This document shows positions 47,101 to 57,502 of a DNA stretch of 64,000 bases, piece after piece; the first letter of the stretch is position 1, and every line of letters begins with the position of its first letter. The translations under genes and the position numbers were made by a program. Below the pieces are notes generated by a model. The model did not search any database, had not been told where the DNA came from, and saw nothing but the letters and a program-made list of their open reading frames with translations. Source of the stretch: a virus; the IMG/VR virus record IMGVR_UViG_3300037087_000181, positions 1-64,000 of that record; one strand, given 5' to 3'.

Positions 47101-49023
47101 AACTTCATATATGGGTTTGATATTTATAATGGTGCAGCATGGAGGGACGGGAATAATGGTATATTTCCTATAAGTGGTCGTTATACTACGGAAGATAATA
47201 ATAACGATTACAAGATGCAGACCTATTTCAAACTAAAGGCAAAGGCACTTATGGAATCTGGCATAAGTCATGTTAGCGTGCTTACTGTTTGGGATGAAGA
47301 ATATAAGTTACTTTATGTTATTTTTAAAGATTCAGTTATCCAAGATAATAATGAAACGATAGTTTTTCACGAACCGAGTAATAGGTGGATCACTTTCACG
47401 GAATTTGACCAAACATCCATCAATGGTTTCAACACACCCCTTGAATTTTTTAAAGAGTGTTATATAATAGTTAAGGGATTTGAAAATGGGATAGGGTTTT
47501 CTTTCGATTATGATACAAGATTTGCTCATTTTAATCTCGGAGGAGGACTTGGTACTACGGCACTTACGCTCGTTAACCCGGAAATGTTACCTATTGAGAT
47601 AACAATGCCTACTCCACAAATAAGTTCTTCCCCTTTATTATCTACGATGCCTCTTAACATAGTATTAACACTTCCATTACCAGATATTGGAGTTTCGTGG
47701 GTTCATAATAGTAATCCAGTCATGATATTTGCTGCCGAAGACCACACATCGGATATAGCACAGATCACTTATATGGATATTATAGGAAATGTTCGTGTAT
47801 TCATTGGCGAAATTCCCAATTGGATTACCGTGTGGAACTATTCTGGGAGATATGCTTTCAGTGCGGGTGATGATATTTTTGAGGGAGAGGATATAAGTAT
47901 TTTCCCCAATAGTGTCAATACATCTTTTCAACGCACGGTATCGGTTATTTTTGCCGATTTATTGGGTAATATAAGCACAGTTTCAGTAACGCAGGAAGCA
48001 TCGGTTATTGAACCCTTAGTCGTTATTTCTAAGAATCCACTCGACACCACAGACTTTTTGATATATCCTAATATAACTTCAGGGTCATGTTATGTCGGGG
48101 ATAATACTGTTTCGATTACATTTTCAGTACATAAATCATCTCTTGGAACGGGGATGCCGCTGATTGTTTATTATGTTATAACAAGAGATGGTGTTTATGA
48201 TGAACAAGGTGAGTTATCTGCGAGGGACGGGATACAAACAGCTAAAATTATTTCTTTAAGCAGTAATGCTATTGCCAGTGAGGTAATAATAGTTTACTTA
48301 AGTGGTATTCCGGTAGGTTCTCCAACGGGGATTATGGATGTTAATATAAGTGCGGGTATATTGCCATTGGTTATTACACTACCAACCCCTATTGTTAGCG
48401 TATCATGGATTACGGTTAGTAATGACACCATGAATTGGACGGCATTACAGTATGGTTCGTCCCAAAAAAGAATTTCTATTGTTTCTGTAGTCGGAACATG
48501 GGCAACATTACAGTCATTTCCATCATGGATTACTATTGTCGAAAATAGTGAGGGAAGTATTATCGAAATAGGTGATACAATATCTGATGGAGAAACAATA
48601 GCATTATATCCAAAGAATATAAATACCCTCCCAACGATAATATCAGGTTTTGTTAGCATTATTGATAATATTGGAAATATAAGTACAATACAGGTTACAC
48701 AACAGGCGTCCTTAGTTAATCCAGATGTAAGGGTATGGATGAATCCATCGGATACATCAGGAATCACATTATCTGGTGCATTTGGGACGGCTGCAATCGG
48801 GAGTAAGAATATAAATATTACCTTTACGCCTAATGATCCGTATGTAGGTAATGGAGGGGTATTAAATTTGGAATATCAAATATGGAAGAATACCATACAG
48901 GTAGGTGGTGGAAATTTAATGAATCTTTCAAACAAGAAAGTTAACACAAAACTATTAACAATGTCATCTATAGCAAACGCAGGGGATATAATCACAGTAT
49001 ATTTAAACGAATCAAATTTATAA
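44143..49023 (+). CDS. muzzle/tail stabilisation protein (P22 gp10-like), N-terminal part with BACON/Ig-like extension
   Basis: FRFSYRYKYFD..S..SAFS, LTYGGCLEG, FCIFYYD, NGLSTF, FGDI, IVFHEPSNRWITF. Confidence 0.8.
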   Translation: MSNVTQEILFNGSGLNTDDNQNFIANGDSPWRLNVMVSGNEAAGILTNILGNSLSVDITDHKLSLSHTYTTIGSYYNRLTRKVYYFVWSTPYDSGGGVYIYDNRLFEFDEDKKTLELIFLDSHNYFGLSLSTPFKDSSMLGDWLYFNPRVSEPKMIDVVRAFNYTNYVTYSTSSIYVFGDKVTFYGGLFVALAGVSTGQTPITHPEKWNRIGDSYRDKSDLVFDSEFDYAFNVLKMPPVIRPKVSYGNDTHIQVNNVRGKLFRFSYRYKYFDNTYSKYSAFSDITLPEESEIYNGEVLNSTVTNNYIKISINAHSPALVKEIEIVAQETTGDWKRVKIINRQEQAELTTFDMSFNFYNNESYLTVTNIEVATVSDYVPQRANSMEIINKNILTYGGCLEGFDNIPKDEIRVGLTPVLQSIYSPPIIGATRRNNIPWDITDVVVLYDGNPIEYGKGIDIGSWWPGTVVAGDVYVVTIDGKTNIYTVTANDVAHTNVAMASLIAFLSDNYSTYGIRIQSDPNLIDILSLYGNPIVADITQSLFCVNGGASNLLTKKSGFKTGANHPFCIFYYDDNLRRWDAQVSKENVHIFGLEMHGTTVYVPMLNEVSPPPDDTSYKWTIDWEVYHQPPVGARYWRWGYAGNSLCSKMVQYIVSDVTDGDPATDGANLCKVNITPLQTLKSTITADWNQYPNSIIDTYTWKTGDRIRFITKKVVSAGSAVLGDIIDGVYEYEILKQSGDDSEFIFIQGLIASNGITAADIGENSLAEIYSPLATISETQTVYYEFGDMMPIREDSAGVMVHYGQNGIHNQDTVLSHTAMGSFDSGDVYHIMRTPSKPIDTDNPLVGFFHESQWYSDFYESTDFNKGKIGFETNFGQRFLNIVRYSRPYFQNTEINGLSTFEEDDANNWPGYKEYNDIFGDIVAIYEFGDTLKVYQERKPSSTLVGRQEWLGANGEPTVAVSDVVLGAIRYDKSNYSTIFPESLSRNNNFIYGFDIYNGAAWRDGNNGIFPISGRYTTEDNNNDYKMQTYFKLKAKALMESGISHVSVLTVWDEEYKLLYVIFKDSVIQDNNETIVFHEPSNRWITFTEFDQTSINGFNTPLEFFKECYIIVKGFENGIGFSFDYDTRFAHFNLGGGLGTTALTLVNPEMLPIEITMPTPQISSSPLLSTMPLNIVLTLPLPDIGVSWVHNSNPVMIFAAEDHTSDIAQITYMDIIGNVRVFIGEIPNWITVWNYSGRYAFSAGDDIFEGEDISIFPNSVNTSFQRTVSVIFADLLGNISTVSVTQEASVIEPLVVISKNPLDTTDFLIYPNITSGSCYVGDNTVSITFSVHKSSLGTGMPLIVYYVITRDGVYDEQGELSARDGIQTAKIISLSSNAIASEVIIVYLSGIPVGSPTGIMDVNISAGILPLVITLPTPIVSVSWITVSNDTMNWTALQYGSSQKRISIVSVVGTWATLQSFPSWITIVENSEGSIIEIGDTISDGETIALYPKNINTLPTIISGFVSIIDNIGNISTIQVTQQASLVNPDVRVWMNPSDTSGITLSGAFGTAAIGSKNINITFTPNDPYVGNGGVLNLEYQIWKNTIQVGGGNLMNLSNKKVNTKLLTMSSIANAGDIITVYLNESNL

Positions 49024-49027
49024 TAAA

Positions 49028-49444
49028 ATGGCAAGTTCAATTCCAAGAGAGAGAAGAAAAGATTATGCGGTAGCAATGGCAGCTAAAAATTTGAAGATAG
49101 CTTTCTTCACAGAGATGGCAGCTTATGATCCATTAACGGCAACGACATATACAGCGCTTGCCGCTATTTGTACAGAGGTTTCCAGTTCGGGTACTGGCTA
49201 TACTACGGGTGGTTACGCACTCACTGGTAAGACATCAGCATACTTATCCACTAATGGGGCGATAATGACGGCATATCTATTAAGTGTTTCTAATGCCACA
49301 TTTTCAGTGCAATATGGGGTTATTTATGATTCAGCAACAGATAAGATTGAGGGCGTGCAAGATTGGTACACAACTTATGTTGTAACGAATGGAACGATAA
49401 CTATTACTTTCGACAATTCAAATGGGGTATTTAATATTCAATAG
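49028..49444 (+). CDS. tail-associated structural protein
   Basis: EVSSSGTGYTTGGYAL...VTNGTITITF. Confidence 0.7.
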   Translation: MASSIPRERRKDYAVAMAAKNLKIAFFTEMAAYDPLTATTYTALAAICTEVSSSGTGYTTGGYALTGKTSAYLSTNGAIMTAYLLSVSNATFSVQYGVIYDSATDKIEGVQDWYTTYVVTNGTITITFDNSNGVFNIQ

Positions 49445-49449
49445 GTTTA

Positions 49450-51315
49450 ATGAATAAGACCAATCAATTCAAGACGTGTTCGTTTTTTATGGCGAAGAAT
49501 GATGTTCTTCACATGCTTATCTTGGATGAGAATGGCACTCCCGTTACTGTTGAATTGATTGGTGATGAGACTACTCCATCCGCTCCCGGTCAGGTTACTG
49601 CTATTGATGCGACAAATATAACCGATTCTGGATTCACGGCAAACTGGTTACTTACAGAGAACGCAGATGGGTATTATTTTAATCTTGCCACAGACCCCGA
49701 CATGACACCCCATATAAGCGGATATGAAAATCTTGATGTGGAAAATGTAAATCATGTTGATATAACAGGACTCACTCCGGGGGTTGTTTATTACTATCAG
49801 GTGAGTGCTTATAACAATATAGGAGAGGGTCTTGAATCTAATATTATTTCTACACTTATTCTTTCGGCTGTATTACTTGAAGACTTAGATGGAAACGAGT
49901 ATCACACTATTGTCATTGGTAATCAGGAATGGATCGTTGAAAATCTTAAGGTAACGCAATATGCCGATACATCAATAATCCCGAATGTTACTATAGATGC
50001 TGATTGGGCAGCATTAACAGCCATAGATAATAAAGATACTTATGGTGGGATATATAACTGGTATGCTGCAACTGATGCAAGAAATATTGCACCCGTAGGT
50101 TGGCACGTACCAACATTTGCAGAGGCAGTAGTATTACAATATGCTATTGGAGCTATTGATGATCAGGAATATGAAGGGCCGGGTTATGATACAACCATAG
50201 GTCAAGTTCTTAGAGAAATAGGCACTACGTATTGGATAACTGACGATGGTACGGATACGAAAGGATTTCATGCCAGAGGATCGGGAAGAAGAAATTATGA
50301 TAGTGGAAATTTTGAGGCAATTAAGGCTTTATTTGTATTTTGGCTTTCAGATGCTGGCCCATTAGGTGCATTACAATCTGTTAGAATTAGTGATGATAAT
50401 ACATATTATATAGAAGAACTCACCGCTGGAGTTGGTCAAGAAGCACAAGGTTATTCAATTCGTCTTATAAAAGATGATTCTACTGATCCGGGAACAGTAA
50501 CAGGTAATGATGGCAAAGTTTACACAACTGTTAAAATTGGTGATCAAGTATGGATGGCAGAGAACAGTGCAGAAACAAAATATCAAAACGGAGACTTAGT
50601 TACAGTAGTGACAGACGATACAACATGGGCAGCAGAGACAAGCGAAGCAATGTGCTATTACGATAATATCGCCTTATCCGATGGGGATGCCTATTGTTGG
50701 TATAATAATGATTTAGCAACTTATAAGGCTATTTATGGGGCGCTGTATAATGACTATGCTGTTTTAAGTGCAAAAGAACTTGTTTATTTTACAAGAAGTG
50801 CAGTACATGAGTTAGGATGGAGGGTAGCTACAAAAACAGATTGGGATGATCTTATCGCCGTTCTTGACGGATTGACAGTGGCGGGAGGACGGCTAAAAGA
50901 AATAGGGACAACACATTGGACTCCCCCTAATACAGGTGCAATAGATTCAGTGGAATTTAAAGCCGTTGGCGGTGGATATAGACAAGAAACGGGTACATTT
51001 GGTGGCATAAGAGATAGTGCTTTCTTTTGGACGTCTACATCAGAAGGTTTGCTATCGGGAGTTAATTTTTATCTCAATTATGATACCCAGGATATAAACC
51101 ATGTAAATACTGTTAAGGGGGCGGGGTATTCAGTTCGCTGCGTAAGAGATATATATACTTCTACTGTTTATGTAATTTACACAGATGGTATAAGTACTTG
51201 GCGTAAGGGAGTAAGAAGTCATGCTTTTGTTCTTGATAAGACAATAACTCCGTTAGGTTTTAGTGGGGTTGAGGATACAGATTGGGTTAATATAAAATCA
51301 GTTAAATTGGACTAA
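49450..51315 (+). CDS. FN3 plus two Fib_succ_major (C-type lectin-like) domain adhesin
   Basis: GFTANW..GLTPGVVYYYQV; DLDGNEY..IGNQEW; GYSVRCVRD. Confidence 0.85.
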   Translation: MNKTNQFKTCSFFMAKNDVLHMLILDENGTPVTVELIGDETTPSAPGQVTAIDATNITDSGFTANWLLTENADGYYFNLATDPDMTPHISGYENLDVENVNHVDITGLTPGVVYYYQVSAYNNIGEGLESNIISTLILSAVLLEDLDGNEYHTIVIGNQEWIVENLKVTQYADTSIIPNVTIDADWAALTAIDNKDTYGGIYNWYAATDARNIAPVGWHVPTFAEAVVLQYAIGAIDDQEYEGPGYDTTIGQVLREIGTTYWITDDGTDTKGFHARGSGRRNYDSGNFEAIKALFVFWLSDAGPLGALQSVRISDDNTYYIEELTAGVGQEAQGYSIRLIKDDSTDPGTVTGNDGKVYTTVKIGDQVWMAENSAETKYQNGDLVTVVTDDTTWAAETSEAMCYYDNIALSDGDAYCWYNNDLATYKAIYGALYNDYAVLSAKELVYFTRSAVHELGWRVATKTDWDDLIAVLDGLTVAGGRLKEIGTTHWTPPNTGAIDSVEFKAVGGGYRQETGTFGGIRDSAFFWTSTSEGLLSGVNFYLNYDTQDINHVNTVKGAGYSVRCVRDIYTSTVYVIYTDGISTWRKGVRSHAFVLDKTITPLGFSGVEDTDWVNIKSVKLD

Positions 51316-51317
51316 TA

Positions 51318-51623
51318 ATGGCAGTTCAATATATTTATTATACCTCAGGGACAATGGTTGAATACACGGATGGTGTGGATGTGTTTAGGGATGGTTCTTT
51401 AGGGGGTTCATACATAGTGGAGGTTCTTGATGGTGCTTCTTGGGATGATTTGGAAAGTATTGATGCCGAGGGTGCAATAGGTATAGATACATTCCGTGAT
51501 GGTGTTCGTGGGGGAGCATACGTTATAGATAAAACACTTACTCCAATAGGATTTGCAGGAATAGAATCATTAGATGATGGGATTACAGGTGATTGGATAA
51601 ATTTACGAATATCAGATATATAA
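51318..51623 (+). CDS. small acidic structural adaptor
   Basis: Repeats the C-terminal module of the upstream gene. Confidence 0.6.
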   Translation: MAVQYIYYTSGTMVEYTDGVDVFRDGSLGGSYIVEVLDGASWDDLESIDAEGAIGIDTFRDGVRGGAYVIDKTLTPIGFAGIESLDDGITGDWINLRISDI

Positions 51624-54600
51624 TGAAAAAGATTTTAACAATTTTAATTGCACTTGCCATAGCCTTGGTGAGTTGTGCACAACAGACTTTTAATGTAAAT
51701 GTGGTAATTCAAAAGGCCACACCTACATTATCTTTTAATGGAAGTGGAGGGATCATTGACTTTCTTAATGGAAGTGCCCACATAACGCTTACACAGAGTT
51801 TGAATACGTTAACTCTTGCGGGTGGAAACTTATCACTTGGAACAAATAACCTCCTTACAACGGGTTTTATTGGAGTTACGGGGGCAAGAATAACAAAAGG
51901 ATGGTTTATTGATGGAGAGTTCTCTAACATGCCTACTGTTGCGGGAAACTCATTAACATCATATTTCGCTACTTCGGCACAGCTATCGGCAATAACGGCA
52001 ACATCATTGGGGCTTGGAAATGTTAATAATGTTAGTGTTGCGACTATTCTTACAAGTCCTGCACTCACAGGAACCCCAACAGCACCCACGGCAACAGTTG
52101 GTACTAACACCACACAGGTAGCTACAACTGCCTTCGTGTTGGCTAATGGAGGTGGCGGAGGAGGTGCTGGCACATGGGGAAGTATAACAGGAACCCTTTC
52201 TTTACAGTCAGACCTTGAAACCGCACTGAATTTAAAACTTAATACCAATGGGAGTGCTGCAAGTCTGACAAGTTTTCCTACGCTAAACCAAAATACGACA
52301 GGAAGTGCCGCTACGTTAACTACACCAAGGGCAATTTATGGAAATAATTTCAATGGTTCGGTTGCCTTAACACAAATAATCGCATCTACTTATGGCGGAA
52401 CGGGTAACGGATTTACTAAATTTACAGGGGCAACACAAACAGAGAAAACCTACACATTACCTGATGTAAGTACTACTATCTTGACTTCTAATTCTCCAGT
52501 GACGGTAGCACAAGGGGGAACTGGACGAGTAACGTCAACAATTGCATACGGATTATTGGCTGCGGGGACAACGGCAACGGGGGTACAACAGACACTCGCC
52601 ACCGGATCAGGTGGACAGATACTTCGTAGTGGTGGTAGTGGAGCGTTACCTTCATATTCAACAGCAACCTATCCGGCAGTGGCAGGAACAGCACGTAAAA
52701 TGGTGGTTTCTGATGGTACTAATCTTGTCATGTCTACCGAGACTTATGATACACCGGGGGCAGTAGGAAATATGCTTATGTCTGATGGTACAAATCAGGT
52801 TAGCACCACGCCCGTTGACATCGCAACTGTTATGTCTCAATATTATATTGATGCTACAAGTTCTATACAGGGACAGTTAAATGCACTTTCCACACGAATT
52901 ACGGCACTCGAAGGTAATACTCCTTCATATCCAAATTATTATGTTGCAAATGCCGGATCAGATGCAGCAGATGGGTTAACCCCTGCAACTGCATGGCAGA
53001 CAATTTCAAAAATAAATGGATTAACTATATTATCGGGAACAGGGATTAATTTTAACAAAGGGGATACGTGGCATGAGATATTGACAGTTCCTTCTTCTGG
53101 TATTTCAGGCAACCCCATTGTATTTGGTTCTTACGGTACAGGGAATAAGCCTATCATTGATGGATCAGATATTGTTTCTACATGGACGGCTGATAATAGT
53201 GATGTAGAAACAGGAGGGACATTTGTTTCAGGATTAGAGACTGAGACAAGTGCTTTTACAACTGAATGGACAACAAAGACAGTAGCAAATAGTAATACTA
53301 TGACTGTTTCTTCAACTGTAAAAAATCATGGTACTAATTCTGCACTAATTACTTTCAATGGTACTGGACAGGAAGCGTATGCTTATAAGGATCTTTCTAA
53401 CCAAACAGAAATGAATTTTAGGTTTTATTTCTATTTGGCTTCAGATTTTGCAATGCACGCAAATGGTAGTTCTATTGATCTTGGTTTGATGTATGATACT
53501 GGTAATGGTTGGTTATTTGGTGTGGTTTTGGAAGCAGATGCGGGGAGTACAACATCCTTTCATTTGAAAGGAGATAGGATAAAACCAACAGATGCCATTG
53601 TTTACACTGGAGCTAATGGTTCGATTTCAAGAGGCGCTTGGCATTATGTTGAAATAGAGTTCGATAGAGGAACTACAAATGGAGGATGGCAGATGTGGTT
53701 GGATGGTAATTCTGTCGGAAGTGATTTTACATTAAATACAATTATATATAATCCAAACAGGGTTTATATAGGAGATGCTGGTGAATTGGGTTATCCTGCA
53801 AGTACAGCAAAAATATATTTTGATGATATAAAGGTAAGTACTTCTGTTATCGGGGCATTCCCGGCGGGAGTGGCTAATGTTTATGATGCTACAATAGCAG
53901 CAACAACAGTTCAGGTTTTCAGAGACGGGTTAAGAGCAACCAAGGGATCATCAAAAGCGGCACTTAATGATCATGAGTGGTTTTGCAGTGGTACAACATT
54001 ATCATATAGAGATGATTCAGGAACACCACAAGGGGCAGGATATGTTATTGCAGCCTCGGTAAGAAATAGTTGTATTGAAGTTTCAAAAGGATTTGCACAA
54101 ACAGATTATATTACTATTGATGGTCTGGATATAAGAAATTCAAATTTGAATGGAATATTTTTCCCTGCAACTTCAACTGGTGCGATTATAAAAAACTGTG
54201 ATGTGAAGTATAATTATAATGATGGTATTCGTTCATCGGCAGGCGAAGTAGCATCTAATGTATTAGTAACAACTTGTAATTTAAGTTGGAATGGAGGTGG
54301 TGGTGTTGATATAGTTACTCCAAGTCATAACTGGACGATTAGTTATAATAATGTTTTTAGAAACTGTCAATACAATGATAGTTATCAAAATCACAATTGG
54401 AATGCAGGAATACACACATGGTGCGAGGATGCTACAGTTAAATCAATCCAGATAATTCACAATACCATTTATTCTAATGGGAAATTACCTAATAATACTT
54501 ATGTAAGTATATCATCTGGCAGGGGAATACATTTTGATACTGTTGAAGAAACAAATTATACGGATGGATCATTTGTCGGATATAATTTTATTTATGATAA

Positions 54601-55192
54601 TAATCAAGTGGGAATACTTCTTGAACACGCTAGTTATCATACTGTTGCTTACAATCTTGTTTATAATAATATTGGAGCATACGGTATAGCAGTTTCAGAT
54701 TATTCTACTCTTTCAGAAGCAAGCTATAATAAAGTTTATAACAATGTATGTTATGGTAATCTTACAGGTATTGTCATACAGGGCACAAGTAGTTTAACTG
54801 CAAACAGATGTAGGGGGAACATTGTAAAGAATAATATTTCTTTCGGTAATTCAAATAATCAATTAGGATGTTATTATGGTGGTGAGAATGATGGTACGAT
54901 GGGTAGTGGCAACGTGTACCAGAATAACGCATTGGGCGTAGAAGGCACTGGTTTTATTCAGTGGGGTAGCGGTGTGAATAAAAACACTTATGCTGCTTGG
55001 GCTTCGGCCTATGGTAGTTCTACAAATTCAATTCAAACCGATCCTTTACTTGTAAATTCCACAAGTTTAAATTTTCAGTTACAAACAGGATCACCCTGTA
55101 TAAATGCAGGAGTAAATGTGGGATTAACAACCGATTTCTTAGGAAATCCTATAATTGGACTTCCCGATATTGGAGCATACGAAAAACAATAA
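51623..55192 (+). CDS. fibre-like protein with signal peptide, shaft repeats and beta-helix head
   Basis: MKKILTILIALAIALVSC; SPALTGTPTAPT, WGSITGTL, VAQGGTG; pectin-lyase-like head ending PDIGAYE. Confidence 0.8.
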   Translation: MKKILTILIALAIALVSCAQQTFNVNVVIQKATPTLSFNGSGGIIDFLNGSAHITLTQSLNTLTLAGGNLSLGTNNLLTTGFIGVTGARITKGWFIDGEFSNMPTVAGNSLTSYFATSAQLSAITATSLGLGNVNNVSVATILTSPALTGTPTAPTATVGTNTTQVATTAFVLANGGGGGGAGTWGSITGTLSLQSDLETALNLKLNTNGSAASLTSFPTLNQNTTGSAATLTTPRAIYGNNFNGSVALTQIIASTYGGTGNGFTKFTGATQTEKTYTLPDVSTTILTSNSPVTVAQGGTGRVTSTIAYGLLAAGTTATGVQQTLATGSGGQILRSGGSGALPSYSTATYPAVAGTARKMVVSDGTNLVMSTETYDTPGAVGNMLMSDGTNQVSTTPVDIATVMSQYYIDATSSIQGQLNALSTRITALEGNTPSYPNYYVANAGSDAADGLTPATAWQTISKINGLTILSGTGINFNKGDTWHEILTVPSSGISGNPIVFGSYGTGNKPIIDGSDIVSTWTADNSDVETGGTFVSGLETETSAFTTEWTTKTVANSNTMTVSSTVKNHGTNSALITFNGTGQEAYAYKDLSNQTEMNFRFYFYLASDFAMHANGSSIDLGLMYDTGNGWLFGVVLEADAGSTTSFHLKGDRIKPTDAIVYTGANGSISRGAWHYVEIEFDRGTTNGGWQMWLDGNSVGSDFTLNTIIYNPNRVYIGDAGELGYPASTAKIYFDDIKVSTSVIGAFPAGVANVYDATIAATTVQVFRDGLRATKGSSKAALNDHEWFCSGTTLSYRDDSGTPQGAGYVIAASVRNSCIEVSKGFAQTDYITIDGLDIRNSNLNGIFFPATSTGAIIKNCDVKYNYNDGIRSSAGEVASNVLVTTCNLSWNGGGGVDIVTPSHNWTISYNNVFRNCQYNDSYQNHNWNAGIHTWCEDATVKSIQIIHNTIYSNGKLPNNTYVSISSGRGIHFDTVEETNYTDGSFVGYNFIYDNNQVGILLEHASYHTVAYNLVYNNIGAYGIAVSDYSTLSEASYNKVYNNVCYGNLTGIVIQGTSSLTANRCRGNIVKNNISFGNSNNQLGCYYGGENDGTMGSGNVYQNNALGVEGTGFIQWGSGVNKNTYAAWASAYGSSTNSIQTDPLLVNSTSLNFQLQTGSPCINAGVNVGLTTDFLGNPIIGLPDIGAYEKQ

Positions 55193-55204
55193 AATAATAT
55201 AACA

Positions 55205-57502
55205 GTGAAAAAACTATTTTTTCTTTTAACATTTTTAATAGTCACCCTGTCACTTAAGTCAACGACTTATTACATTGATCCGGCGGGCAATAACAGTCAT
55301 ACAGGATTGATTAGTTCTCCGTGGCTAACTTTAGCCTATGCCTGTGCACATACAACATCTGGCGATATTATTCATGTCAATGCCGGGACATTTACCGAGA
55401 CAGTTCAATGTACTAAGGCTGTCGGTGTAAGTATCGAGGGTGTTGGAGTGACTTCTCATATAATAAGTCAGGTTGTCTTTACACGTTCTGGCGACTTAAC
55501 AGGAGCTGCCATCATGTGTTCCAGCGCATCAGAAGGTACAAATGACAATAGTCATATAAGCGGGATTTGGTTAGATGGTAATTACTATGCAGGCAGCACG
55601 GGATCGTCTTCAGCAACAGGGAATGACGGTATTTTTGTACAAAGAAGAAGTAATGTCAAAATATTTAATTGTACAATATCGGGATTCTATCTTAATGGGA
55701 TTGCACTTCACGGATCAACTATTTATGCACAACCATCAATCTATGCTACAGGAAATGAAATACATGATTGCATAATAACAGATAATGGTAATGAAGATTC
55801 TACATGGGGAGGTGGGGGCAATATTGAGATTGGAGGGCAGGGTGACGGAACGCTTATACATGATAATACAATAAGTTGCATAGGCAGGCAAAATCATGGG
55901 TTAATCAATGGGAATAATCTTTCGGGAGCCTACCATAATGAGGGAGTAAAATTTTATAATAATCTCTGTTATAAGAATGAGCAAGAATCTGTATGGAGTT
56001 TCCATATTGAGATGTGGAATACTGATGGTGGCATGGAAGCATATGGTAATACCTTTAACGGAGGAGATACAGGGATAGATATTGCTGGAGATTGGAGTAC
56101 TAAAGGCAGTTACGCTTATTCATGGTATGTCCACGATAATCTATTTACCGGTAATTATTTAACGAGTCATGAGAAAAAGATTGGTATTGATATCGAAAAC
56201 GGAACACAACAAGATATTTGGATTTATCGTAATCATTTTTATCAGAAACATGCTCCCTTTAACATAACTAATGGTGATGATGCAAGTGTAGTTATACAAA
56301 GGGTTTGGATTGCTTATAATATTATGGAGAGTTGTGGATATGGTGTACCGGGTGGCTATCAGGTAATTAACAATATTCACCTACCAGGTGACATGACTCT
56401 TACAGATTTTTATTTCTGTAATAATGTAATTATAGGCGAAGCTGATGCTTACTATATTGGGTTTGATATTGACAATGCTGGTACAATAACCAATATGTAT
56501 TTTAGAAATAACATAATTGTTAATTTTTTACATTCTTTCGGATGGTTGTATGTGGCTAATGCAGGAAGTATGAATGGATTGTATGTTAATAATAATATTC
56601 AATATAATAATTCAAATAGTAATGATCCCTTATTAACAGGCAATTCTGTTAGTAATTATTCATATACGAATGCCACTAAGACAGCACCACCATTTGTTTC
56701 ATCGACTGATTTTCATCTTACGGCTGCAAGAAATGGAGTTGCCGTATCATTTCCTATTACATGGGCTGATTATGATGGCAATACATTAGCGAGTCCTCCC
56801 GAAATGGGTGTTTATGAATATGGGACAATAAGTGCACCCACCGTTACAACAACCGCAGCATCAAATATAGCACAAACAACTACAACCAGCGGGGGAAACG
56901 TAACAGCCGATGGCGGTGCAACGGTTACGGCAAGAGGGGTTTGTTGGGGAACGTCGGCTAATCCTATTACTTCTGGTAGTCATACTTCAGATGGAACTGG
57001 TACGGGAACATTCGCCAGTTCAATTATAGGTTTAACGGCTTATACTATATATCATGTGCGTGCTTATGCAACAAATAGTCAGGGTATTTCTTATGGGTCT
57101 GATGTGCAGTTTACAACATCTGCCGCAATAACCATACCCGTAGTTACCACGACAGCAATAACAAGTATAACAATTACTACGGCAACAAGTGGAGGAACGA
57201 TTTCATCGGATGGAGGATCAACGGTTACGGCAAAGGGTGTTTGCTGGGGGATATCGACTAACCCCACCACATCTGGCAATCATACTTCAGATATTAGTGG
57301 TACCAGTACTTTTACAAGTGCCATAACGGGATTAACGGCAGGAACGGTTTATCATGTAAGAGCATATGCCTCTAACGGTGTAGGGACAGCCTATGGATCA
57401 GACGTACGGTTTACAAGTGCGGTAGTGACGTCTATATCTCCCGTAACACATAATGGAGTTCCTGTGATATCGGGGGGTAAGATATTAATTATAACAAGAT
57501 GA
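55205..57502 (+). CDS. secreted-type right-handed beta-helix protein with two FN3-like repeats
   Basis: Signal peptide; YYIDPAG..PWLTL..GDIIHVNAGTF; 2x PTVTT..GVCWG..YHVRAYA. Confidence 0.8.
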   Translation: MKKLFFLLTFLIVTLSLKSTTYYIDPAGNNSHTGLISSPWLTLAYACAHTTSGDIIHVNAGTFTETVQCTKAVGVSIEGVGVTSHIISQVVFTRSGDLTGAAIMCSSASEGTNDNSHISGIWLDGNYYAGSTGSSSATGNDGIFVQRRSNVKIFNCTISGFYLNGIALHGSTIYAQPSIYATGNEIHDCIITDNGNEDSTWGGGGNIEIGGQGDGTLIHDNTISCIGRQNHGLINGNNLSGAYHNEGVKFYNNLCYKNEQESVWSFHIEMWNTDGGMEAYGNTFNGGDTGIDIAGDWSTKGSYAYSWYVHDNLFTGNYLTSHEKKIGIDIENGTQQDIWIYRNHFYQKHAPFNITNGDDASVVIQRVWIAYNIMESCGYGVPGGYQVINNIHLPGDMTLTDFYFCNNVIIGEADAYYIGFDIDNAGTITNMYFRNNIIVNFLHSFGWLYVANAGSMNGLYVNNNIQYNNSNSNDPLLTGNSVSNYSYTNATKTAPPFVSSTDFHLTAARNGVAVSFPITWADYDGNTLASPPEMGVYEYGTISAPTVTTTAASNIAQTTTTSGGNVTADGGATVTARGVCWGTSANPITSGSHTSDGTGTGTFASSIIGLTAYTIYHVRAYATNSQGISYGSDVQFTTSAAITIPVVTTTAITSITITTATSGGTISSDGGSTVTAKGVCWGISTNPTTSGNHTSDISGTSTFTSAITGLTAGTVYHVRAYASNGVGTAYGSDVRFTSAVVTSISPVTHNGVPVISGGKILIITR

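Noticed and set aside
49450-51315. Diversity-generating retroelement target
   Set aside because: The fold is a known DGR target type, but I saw no reverse transcriptase or adenine-variant template repeat in the window; one could lie outside
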